DNA from: Rhina ancylostomus
Lineage: Eukaryota
Assembly: GCA_030265395.1 (NCBI GenBank)
Contig: JARFYF010000001.1
Location: 34,426,527-34,490,526, forward strand
Reading direction: 5' to 3'
Length of the DNA: 64,000 nt
The notes under the pieces are model-generated. The model was not told the DNA's origin. It did not search any database and saw nothing but the letters and a program-made list of their open reading frames with translations. The position numbers and the translations under genes are program-made. Numbering within the stretch: position 1 is the first letter of the stretch; the number at the start of each line of letters is the position of its first letter. Shown piece by piece: positions 26,530 to 36,990 of this stretch.

Positions 26530-29500
26530 CCGAGCCTAGTCACTCTTCATATTGGATATCCATGCAATTGGGCCAGGGGTTTTTCCTGCAAAAAAACCCT
26601 AGTTGGTGGTTTGCAATGGCCACCCCATGTCAAGAGATATCAAGGACTGGCATTTTCCAATTCTGAAAATAAGACGAGGACCTGAAAAAGCAAGGCACTC
26701 AAGAACAACCCTGACAGCACAGAACTGAATGCCATTCTACTATCCTAGCCCAGGAACTCAAATGCTTCAACACAGACATTGTCACCCTGAGTTAGCATGA
26801 GAGAATCAGCATCAGGAACATAGTGGCAGGTACAGCCTCTTCTAAAAGAGCAAATCATAAGAGGAATGCCGACTTCATGGGGAGGATTTTGCTCTAAAGG
26901 ATTAATGTCCTAGTGTCTCCCCTGTGGGATGTTGAACATCTCTTGACCCTCTCGCTCATTAAGGTTGCCTATAAGTGCCTTGCCTTTCCAGGTCCTCGTC
27001 TCATTTTGAGAATTGGAAACTGCCAGTCCTTGATGTCTCTTGACATGGGATGGCCATTGCAAACCACCAACAAGGGTTTTTGCAGGAAAAACTCCTGGCC
27101 TAATTGCATGGAAGTCCAAGACAAAGAGCAACAATGTTCTGTATGCTACAATGGGCATAGTCTCAACTCTTGAGCAGCGGACTAGGCCAATGACGGACCT
27201 TGAATGGTCCCCGATTTGGATCCCAAAGCCAACACACCAATCCTTCTTGATGACATCAATGTTAAGAGTTGGAATGGACACTGGCTTCTTAAAAGGTGGA
27301 ATTGGTTAAAAAAAAGAGCAAACTAACTCCATTGGGGCCGTCCTCCTGATGAAATGCTTGAAACGTGGCCTTGTCGCAACCAAGATCTCATGGCACTGGC
27401 ACCTGTTATATTACATCATCATCCAAGGTGAGAGACTGCACAGATGTCCACATCAGTCGTGCCATGACAGGTGCCAACAACTGCTAGATGGATCACTACT
27501 TAATCCAGCCTGTCATCTCCATCAACCTTGCCCCTACATGGCAATGCCAACAGAAATGCTGCTGCAGGAAAATCAATACCAAAGACCCTGCAAAGGAATC
27601 TGTTCAAGATTTCCAACCAACAGAGCTGTGAGAGTGTCAATGGTGCCCGATCTACCTTGTAATCAGCCAGAACTAGCACTTCTAAAAAGACCTTTAGTTT
27701 GTCTACCTGAAAACTGCAGGACTAGTGAGAATGACAAGAAGATCTCCAGGACTTAATTAACCACAAATGCAATTGCCTTTTAAGGAGATATGAAACAGAT
27801 CTACCCAGATCTGAAGGCCAAGGTTCAAACACAAACACATGACCTGATATATAGATAGTGAATGAAAAAACCACAGGAGATCCAGGAACTACCCAATGAC
27901 CACAAATCACATGGATTCTTCACTGGTGTCAAGAACATCTACAGCTCAAACACCAACCCCACTGACAGCCAAGAATGGAGGAGAGCTTGTCAAGGGCAGA
28001 GAAGCAGCCAGCACCTATGGAAGGAGAACTTTTGAGAAGTCTTCAATCAAAACTCTGTCTTTGACACAATGTCATCGACTCCATTTCACAACATGCTATG
28101 TGATACAATCTTGGTGCTACCTGAACCCTGTGAGAGGTTGAAAAGATGATTTAATTTGAAAGGGAAAAAAAACTTCTGACATAGATAGATTCGCCGCTGA
28201 AGTACGAAAACTTTGCAGAGATTACTTGATTCTCCCACTCCCTCCCCACCCCACCCCATCTGGGAAGAGGAGAGCAAGCCAGTGGATCTCAGTGACACTA
28301 TAAGCTCGTCCATCTTCAAGAAAAGATGAATGGTGGTACTCACAGTGGGGTCTCCCTGCTGTCTCCCACAATGAAAGTCATTGCAAGAGCCTTCTGAACT
28401 TGATACTTCCCAGAGTCACAATATTGATTTCATCTATCACAATGAGCAATAAAGATGACCTTCACCATTCAAGAAATCCAAGAAAAATGTGGGGAGCAGA
28501 ACCAACCCCTAAACAAGGCCTCTCAATCTCTCTTAATTCCTCTAACTTTGCCAACCAAGAGCGATTATCTTCTTAAATTTGGCTATCCACAGAAATTTGT
28601 TGCCATTCTAATCTGCAACATGATGCCATGCAAGTTATAGTCCTCATCAACATTCCTCATCACATTTTCAGATCCCAGTNNNNNNNNNNNNNNNNNNNNN
28701 NNNNNNNNNNNNNNNNNNNNNNNNNNNNNNNNNNNNNNNNNNNNNNNNNNNNNNNNNNNNNNNNNNNNNNNNNNNNNNNCATGATGACATGCAAGTTATA
28801 GTCCTAATCAACATTCCTAATCACATTTTCAGATCCCAGTGATGAACCTGACCAAGCAAGGATGTGTCATTGCTCAAAACTTCTTCTCCATCTTTCTTGC
28901 TGCATTTCAGCTCCTCCCCTCAAAACCTTCCCATTGGAGCAGAGTTGTTCAAAAGGATGAGCAGAAAACCATTCAAGTCCTGATAATCCACTCTGGAATC
29001 AACATTCCTACCATCAGTCATTGAGTTACAACACACAGAGGAAGCACTCTCAGGGACCAGGCACCTGGTCATTGTTGACTCCCTGACAAAAGGACGGGTC
29101 TAAAAATCTGGAATAGAAAAGAGTTTTCCACTGATCTACATCTGCCCACCCCACCACCCCACAAAACACCGCAACCTGACAATCAAGATCCATGACAAGA
29201 TCCTGGAAAACACGGATCAGTTTCCATGTCTGGGGAGCCACTGTCAGCAAAATCAGACACTGATGATAGAGGTCATGGCTGCCTCTGGTGTGCCAGTACA
29301 ACCTTGGCCAACTGGGGAAAGGCATGTTTGAAGGTTAAGACTTCAAACTCAGCACTAAACTCAGTTTACTGAGCAACAGTGGTCTCCATCATTCTGTTTG
29401 ATTCAGATACATGAATACCCCTACTGGAGGCATCTCTAAATACTGTAGAGGCACTACAGTGCCCACAAAATCATTCAATCCAGGCAGGTTAGACAAAGGA

Positions 29501-30187
29501 ATGTTAGCTTCCTCACCCAGGTCAGCATCCAAAGCACACAGGCTCTGATCACGCTCAAACAGCTCCAGTGGGCAGGCTGTATTGTCTATTTGACTTCCAA
29601 AACAATGGCACCTACTTCAAATCTCCCAAACTTTTTATTTTTGTCTACCTGGCAACCTCTTCCCATGAAGTTGGCACAGAGGGTCCGGCCTTGTGTTAAG
29701 GCATACAAATAATGTGGCCTGCCCAATGGAGCTGACTGCATGTGACAAGGGACTCAGTGCTGGGGATGTTGGACTGGGCAGGAACACTGACATGGTGGTG
29801 GGACAGTACTACATGCAAACCCTTTAAAAGCAGCATATTTAAAAGGTTTCCAGGAGGACTTAAAATTGCTTCAAGAACACTCCCAAAGCCTCCTTGAAAA
29901 AGATAGTGTAATATCATCATTGGCTCATGGGAATCCTTGGCCTAGAACTGCTCAAAATGGAGAATGGACATCCTCGTCCCTATGAAGAGAGCTCATGGAG
30001 GCTATGCACAAACAACAGAAGGAGAGCACAACTTCCCAAACAAACTACTCGCCTCATCCAGCTGCAGCTGCATCAATTGTGCCAGGATCTGCGGATCCTG
30101 CATTGAACTCAAGTCACCTCAGAACACACGCAACTGCTGTGGAAGCAAGTAGCCCTCAATTCTGAGGGGCTATCTCAGAAGAAGAAC
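25960..30187 (+). mobile_element. Near full-length, heavily decayed RTE-clade LINE
   Basis: Endonuclease start (ILAQELKCFNTDIVTLS, ~26742-26792), RT motifs LLKFGYPQKFVAIL and KQGCVIA, terminal CARICGSCI and an (AGA)n tail. Many stops and frameshifts; 5' boundary approximate. Confidence 0.85.
26476..26527. repeat. (GT)26 microsatellite
   Basis: Perfect dinucleotide run. Confidence 0.98.
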
Positions 30188-30524
30188 TTTTCCCAGACAA
30201 TTAATCATCCCTGCCTGAAATGGAGGCCAAATGCACATCCATGGTTTCATCCAAATACATTTTTGGATGCTCATGTTAGTGCTGCTTCTTCTCCTTTGCC
30301 AGTGCCTAGGGATCAAGGATAATTTCCATGCTGAATCGTGGGTTCTGAGGTCATTGATGCTAGTTGGAACAGCAGATCCTTCCACAGATGGGGCAGGAGG
30401 TGGGTAGTTTGGGAGGTGAAGCACTCCTCTGCCACTACACGGAATTTGTGTTTGTTCTCAATAGTTGGACTTGAGGCCCTCAATACCAGGACTATTCTGT
30501 GCTGTTCTCCTCAACAGACAGTGG

Positions 30525-31005
30525 GAAACATATGACAGCACTGGAGAGGGTGCAGAGGAGATTCACCATGATGTTGTCTGGGATGAAGCATTTCAGTTAT
30601 AAGGAGAGACTGGGTCTGTTTTCCTTGGAGGAGGAGGAGGTTAAGAGTGGATATGACCGAGGTATACAAAATACTGAAATAGGGTAGATTGCAGGAATTC
30701 TCTTCCCATGTCAGAAATGGAAAGAAAAATGGGGACATAGATATAGGGTAAAGGGTAAGAGATTCAGAATGGATATGAGGGGGACCTTCTACCACCCAGA
30801 GAGTAACAAGTACCTGAAATACACTACCAGAAAGAGTGGTGGAAGCAGAGGCACTGACAGTATTTAACAAGAGTCCAGATGAACATTTAAGTTGCCTAGA
30901 AGGCTACTAGCCAAATGCTGGAAAATGGGATTAATACAGATTGATGTCCCTTGTTAGCAAGGATGTGGTGGGGCAAATGGTCTGTTTCCATGCTGTATGA
31001 CTCAA
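30525..31005 (+). mobile_element. CR1-type LINE 3' end (HER1-like)
   Basis: ALERVQRRFTMMLSGMKHFSYKERLGLFSLE followed by a 3' tail GGGCAAATGGTCTGTTTCCATGCTGTATGACTC. Confidence 0.85.
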
Positions 31006-31524
31006 TGACCCCATCCTGCATGTTCCTTCTCCATAGACCAGAGGTTCCCCAGAGTCACTGGGATTGTTGCATATTTTCAGGGAAGCACTGTGTACAATCT
31101 TGGATCTATTCCTTTACACCCCTGGTATTCTCTACCGATGAACTGGAAATCTTGGGTTGGGAATACGAACAATGTGCCTGCCCAATAGAGACATCTGCAT
31201 GTAGCAATGGCTTTAATACTGCAGCACATCAAGGGATTTATCTTGGTTTTACTTAACATCTTCACCTTCCTGGTCAAGAAGGACGTAAATAAAGAAAAAA
31301 AATCTTCTCCTTTGAAACTGAGATTGGCAACATGGTGCACAGAACATGCAGCAGCTGCCCTGGAGGCTACAAGTTGCTTCCACTGAGACTGTTGATTTAA
31401 TGCAGGCCATTACTATTGGGCAAACACAGACAGCGTCAGTTCTGAAGGCTTTCTCATACATTAATCAGATATATCAGCATGCTGATGATTTAAAAAACTC
31501 AACAAAGCAGCAACTAAATACAGG

Positions 31525-31672
31525 TAGAAAAATGAAATGCTGGAAATTCTCAGCAGGTCAGGCAGCATATGTGTAGAGAGAAACAGAGTCACTGTTTCAG
31601 CTCAATGGTCTTTCATCTGAACCATTACCAGCACCTTTTATTTTTATTTCAGATTCCTAGTACTTGCAGCTA
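31525..31672. mobile_element. Short Penelope-derived fold-back element with decayed hammerhead core
   Basis: ATGCTGGAAATTCTCAGCAGGTCAGGCAGCAT arm; the minus strand has CAGATGA-AAGACCATTGAGCT-GAAAC, a mutated CTGANGA...GAAA core. Confidence 0.7.
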
Positions 31673-32384
31673 TATTGCTTAAATTTTGCTTAAGTTCTTG
31701 CTTTGATAATTTTTTTTTGGAACCTGAATCTGATTTAAATAGCACACACACTTTCTCCTCTCGAATAATTTGTCTACTACCTGAAACAAAGGAAAACTGC
31801 AAGTGACTTTTAGGTACAGCAAGTCCTTAAATTAAAATCCAGTTAGGGAATGAACATGAACACAATGAACTGGAAGCAAAGCTGTAACTTTACAAAAGCT
31901 TAAGACAGCCGAGGCAATGAAAAGAATAAATAATGTCCTGTACCGATAGGGGCACTAATCTGTTTTCAATTAAAAGTCACCGGATTTCATTTATTTTGGC
32001 ATCAAAAGATTTTACATTCTCAGAATGAAATCATTAATAAATGATAGCTTCAATTACTTAACACAGATAGACAACAGAATTTCAGAAAAGTACCGCGCAA
32101 ATCAAAAAAACTGATTATTACTGTAAAGACCATGGCAAAGATGAAATATCCTGATTAGAAACAAAAAATAATCTGAGGATGGGATAAGAAAATAGTTTCA
32201 TTTGTTAAAAAGAAACTCAATGTGGTCATTTCACATGCAAGGGAGACTACATTCAATAGCCCTGAAAATCAACATGAAAATTGTGGTGTCCAATTAGTTA
32301 AAGGGTAGGCAGCAAAAAAAAACAATTGCTAATTACAATGATTATTGTATTCAGTTGGTTCTGGTTACTGTTCCTTGGAAGAGC

Positions 32385-32640
32385 TGCATTGATACAGCAT
32401 CTTTCACATCTCTTTCAGAATGACCCAAACTGCCTTTGAATGTATTTGAAGCATAATACTTGTGGCAACGTAGGAAGATTGGTAGCCAATCTATGCACTG
32501 CAATCTTCCATCACCCTCAAGATAAGAATGACCAGATAATCTGTAATATATGTAGAAATCTTGACTGAAGGGTGAACATTGGCCAGGACATGAGGGATAA
32601 CATCTCTACTCTTCAGCAAACTGCTCTGGGATTCTTGATT
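32385..32640 (-). mobile_element. Deu-domain SINE (SacSINE1-like) fragment
   Basis: GACCAGATAATCTG...GAAGGGTGAACATTGGCCAGGAC block, homologous to 45200-45420. Confidence 0.65.
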
Positions 32641-32840
32641 ATTTGAAGAATCTCAGAGACCTCAATGGAGGAACTCGACACTTGTCCTATATTGAGGAGT
32701 TCTGGGGATTCCAGACACAGTAGGAGTGGTCAACCCTACAGGTAAATGCCTTGAGAATAACCCCAAGGGTTCAGATCCAGCAGGGAGGCAAGAAGCTTAT
32801 TGATCTCACAGGTGCATTCAAAGATAGCAAATACATCTTT

Positions 32841-33622
32841 AATCAGAATCAGGTTTATTATCACTGACTTGTATGTCATGAAATTTGTTATTTTGTGGCA
32901 GCAGTACAGTGTAAAGACATAAAATTACAAAATAAATAGTGCAAAAAGAGGAATAAAAAAAGTAGTGTTCATGGACCATCCAGAAATCTGATGCCAGAGG
33001 GGAAGAAACTGTTCCTAAATCATTGAGCATGGGTTTTCAGGCTCCTGTACCTTCTCCGATGGTAGTAATGAGAAGTAGGCACATCCTGAATGGTGAGGGT
33101 CCTTAGTGATGGATGCCGCCTTCTTGAGGCACCATCTCTTGAAGATGTCCTTGACGGTGGGGAGAGTTGTTCCCATGATGGATCTAGCTGAATCTACAAC
33201 CCTCTGTAGCCTCCATACGAGGCAGTGATGCAACCAGTCAGAATGCCCTCCACCATACATTTATGGAAATTTGCAAGAGTCCTTGGTGACATACCAAATC
33301 TCCTCAAACTCCTAATGAAGTAGAGCCACTGGTGTGCCTTCTTCATGATTGCATCAATGTCTTGGGCCCCAGATAGATCCTCTGAGATGCCGGCACACAG
33401 GAACTTGAAGCTGCTCACCCTTTCCACTGCTGACCCCTCAATGACAACTGGTGAATGTTCTCCCGACTTCCCTTTCCCAAAGTCCACAATCAATTCCTTG
33501 GTCTTGTTGATGTTGAGAGCGAGGCTGTTGTTACGATACCACTCAACTAGCCAATCTTACTCCTGTACGCCTCCTCGTTGCCATCCTAGATTCTACCAAC
33601 ATCAGTGGTGTCATCAGTGAAT
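32841..33622 (-). mobile_element. Rex1/Babar-type LINE 3' end, relatively young
   Basis: KELIVDFGK...VERVSSFKFL..ISEDLS...KKAHQWLYFIRSLRRFGMS...ILTGCIT with a 3' tail AATAAACCTGATTCTGATT. Confidence 0.85.
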
Positions 33623-34479
33623 TCATATTGCCATATACTGCCAACTGCACCACTAGCCTCAGGTATTGTCCAATTCACAACAACCACATTGCTCACCTAT
33701 TAAAAACCTCTACTGGAATTCATTCATATTTAACATTTCTATCCTCTGTTCTTTTGAACATCTCACAGCTTGCACGATCTGCTAGCTACTTGACCACGAG
33801 AGCCAAAAGAAGAAATGACATTGAGTGTCTTACAATAATTCACTTTCCATTCTCCTACATCACAAGGTGGCACACAACCACACAATGGCAACTAGAAGGG
33901 AAAATGTCTAGCACATCCCTAACTGTATGTAAGAAATGGTACTACCCAGTATTGGGAAGCTGCTGTTGAGTGATAGTGAATTATTGATAGCAGCAGTATC
34001 TTCACACTTAATCTTCTTTGCCACATCCCACTTCCCCACAACCCACACATTTTTCACACTTACCAGCAAAGGATGGGATAAGCATCCACCTTCTGCTTAA
34101 CCTACATTTCCACTCCTGGACAATTACCTTCACTTTGTACTTTTGTTCCCAATATAGATATCCAAGAACGTGAAGTAAAAGCAAAAGGTTGACAACAGTG
34201 ATGATGAAAGCATACTGTCACAGAATCTCTAAACCCCAGATACCTACTCAAATATTAATCCTAGGCAATACCTAGAGGAGAGTCAAATGGTAGGATCTGC
34301 ACATGGTAAGCATCATGGAGTCTGTACCAACTAACCAGCAGACAAGTTCTGCTTCAAAGAACACTAACGACTATTTTAAAATGGGGCAGGTGACAGGTGG
34401 GTATGCAGAATGAACTGCTTGATACATTCAAAAGTCTGCCTCAAAGCCTGAATTCAAGGAGCAAGGAGTAGCCTGGCAC

Positions 34480-34690
34480 CAAATTGACAGAGGGTTTTTA
34501 TACAGAGCTTAGAGCCCACCCTTTCCAGGGAGGAACGTGGTCAATCCGGGAGCGGGAAAGGGAAGAATAATTTGAAGGGCGGTGGGGAAAGGGCACAGGA
34601 ATGGTACTGGAGAACTTGCTATACCAGGCACAAGAATGGACTCAAGGGGCCAATGCCCTCCATCAGTGCTGTAATGGTTCTACAATTCTG
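34480..34690 (+). mobile_element. Decayed CR1 3' tail
   Basis: GGGGCCAATGCCCTCC..GTGCTGTAATGGTTCTA tail motif, similar to 30960-31005. Confidence 0.5.
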
Positions 34691-34999
34691 TCGGTGACAG
34701 AAAACTATTGTATAGGACTGTTGGAAAATGGGGATTTCAATGATTGGAATGACATTCAGATGGGTAGTTGTTCTTACACCAACTCATCCTTTGCTTCGGC
34801 TGCTTACCCTTTGCTGGTGAGTGGGGTGCATCCCCATGACAGCAAGTTGTGCAGAATGCAACAAGCTACTACAAACCCTGAGGGTAGCTCTGCTGCATAC
34901 TGCAGAGCCACTCCTGACAGAGTGTCATTTCTGCATGCTGATGACCTATTGTTTTATATTCTGTGCTGCAGAGTTGCTTTCACCGCACAAATTAAAAAG

Positions 35000-35098
35000 G
35001 GAGAATGCTGGGGATCTTCAGCAGGTTAGGCACCATCTGTTGAATATCCTCAGCTATTCCTGTTTTTGCTTCAAATTTCCAGCATTTACAGTTTTTAA
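35000..35098. mobile_element. Penelope-derived fold-back remnant lacking the ribozyme loop
   Basis: ATGCTGGGGATCTTCAGCAGGTTAGGCACCATCTGT joined to TTCCTGTTTTTGCTTCAAATTTCCAGCATTTACAG. Confidence 0.55.
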
Positions 35099-35149
35099 AT
35101 GCTCTTCAATTCATTGTATAAATGCTGCCCAAGTGTGCATACATTGGAA

Positions 35150-35803
35150 TCATTGGTTATGTGTGTTTAATGGGTTGCCCTTGTCAATTGGTTTTCCAAG
35201 GTGGATCCAATGCAGGTGGTACAGTGGACTGCAAATCACAGTGTCTGTACCAGGACACAGGGCGCTCACTTGCACGATATGTTGCCAATAAATGCAAGTA
35301 AATGGGATTAGTGTAGATTGGCGTGGGCGTGGCGGGATGAAGGGCCCATTCCTGTGCTGTACAATTATGACTCTGACTTCAAATGGCTGACTGCATTCCA
35401 CTCTCTTGCCAGAGACCATCTAATGAAGAGAGCACCGGCTGTGCAGGTGTTGCCACATATATAGGGCATGACTGACTGTACGCACATTATCTTGCGGGTT
35501 TCTTATGTTAATACAGCCTTTTACCAGAATGAGGGAGATACCATCCCATAACACCTNNNNNNNNNNNNNNNNNNNNNNNNNNNNNNNNNNNNNNNNNNNN
35601 NNNNNNNNNNNNNNNNNNNNNNNNNNNNNNNNNNNNNNNNNNNNNNNNNNNNNNNNATGTCTGACTACGGGCAACATATCTTGCAAGTTAGCATCAAGTA
35701 TCCTGGTACAGACACTGTGATTTGAAGTCCACTGTACCATCTACATTGGATCCACCATGGATAACTAATTGACAAGGGCAATCTACTGACCACATGACCA
35801 ATG
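35150..35803. repeat. Long imperfect inverted repeat (arms ~35150-35286 and ~35670-35803)
   Basis: The arms are reverse complements; the ORF track shows WIQCRWYSGLQITVSVPG on both strands. Confidence 0.9.
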
Positions 35804-35819
35804 TGTATTACCTTTGTAC

Positions 35820-36990
35820 ACTTGGTCACATCACCTCCTCTGGCAGCAAGTTCCACATTTCAACCACTGTGTAAAATAAAAACATTTCCCCTCAAATCCC
35901 CTTTAAAATTCCTTCCTCTCATCTTAAACCACTGCCCTCCCATTTTTAATACCCCTACCATGGGAAAATGATTATGACCATCTACTCCATGTCTCCATTT
36001 TAAAAGTCTCCCACTTATTAAATGTCACTTCACCTGCAAGCATCAGCTCCCAATCTATTTTAAACAGGCTACTGAAATAAGCCTTCCGCCAATTTAGGAC
36101 CTTAACTCAAGGACCAAACTCATTCCTTTCGATAACTACCTTGAAACTGGCAGAATGATAGGCAGTATTCCCAAAGTGTTCCCCCACCAACACTTCCACC
36201 ATCTGCCCAGTTTTATTTCCTAAGATGAGGTTGAGTACTGCCACATCTCTAGTAGAACTCTCTAAACATTGTCTCAAGAAACTCTCTTGGATTCACTTAA
36301 CAAATTCTACCCCATCTAAGCTCCCCACATGAAGGCAATCCAGTCAAAATCAGGAAAGTTAAAATCCCTCACTTCTATAACCCTTTCGCTCTAAGGCCTT
36401 TTTGCGATTTGCTTACATCGGTTCCTTTAATTTCCACTGACTATAGTACATAACCCCAGCACAGTGATTGCCCCTCTCATTCCTAAATTCCACCCACGTG
36501 GCCTAATTGGACGATCCCTCCAGGATATCCTCTCTTAGTGTGCCGTGATGCTCTCCCTAATCAGTAGTGAAATATTTCCCCTTCCTCTATTGCATCCACC
36601 ACACCTCCCACCCCATCATATCTGAAATTACCATGGAACATTAAGCTGACAGTCCTGCCCTTCCCTCAATCATGTTTCCTTGACTGCAATATCATAAGCC
36701 CACAGTCTGATCTGTCCTCGAAGGTAATCTGATTTACCTACAAGGTTCCTTGCAAAATGCAAGTCTGGAAGTAAATGCAGTTGAGCCTGCCAGCCCTCGG
36801 TACTTCCTAACTTGCTTCTGTCTGCTCTGTCCACCGGTCTTGCTTGACCTCCATCCCTGCAATTAGGCTTCCCCCACCTGCTGCTCTGCTATTATGTTTC
36901 CCACCCTCCCCCTGCCAAATTAGTGTAAACCCTCTCAACTAGTGTGAGCAAATTTCCCTGCAATGACATGATATTAGCTCCCTTCTAGTT
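35820..36990 (-). mobile_element. CR1 LINE fragments (3' end, endonuclease region and ORF1/ORF2 junction)
   Basis: Minus strand gives DGVEFVK*IQESFLRQCLESSTRDVAVLNLILGN (~36216-36318), typical of CR1 endonuclease; 3'-end motif at 35830-35990. Confidence 0.75.

Noticed and set aside
28619-28839. Direct repeat flanking a 100-N gap (similar cases at ~39710/39835, 41226/41376, 51554/51678, 53637/53757)
   Set aside because: Near-identical sequence on both sides of fixed-size gaps is typical of unmerged contig overlaps or haplotype differences, not real tandem repeats.
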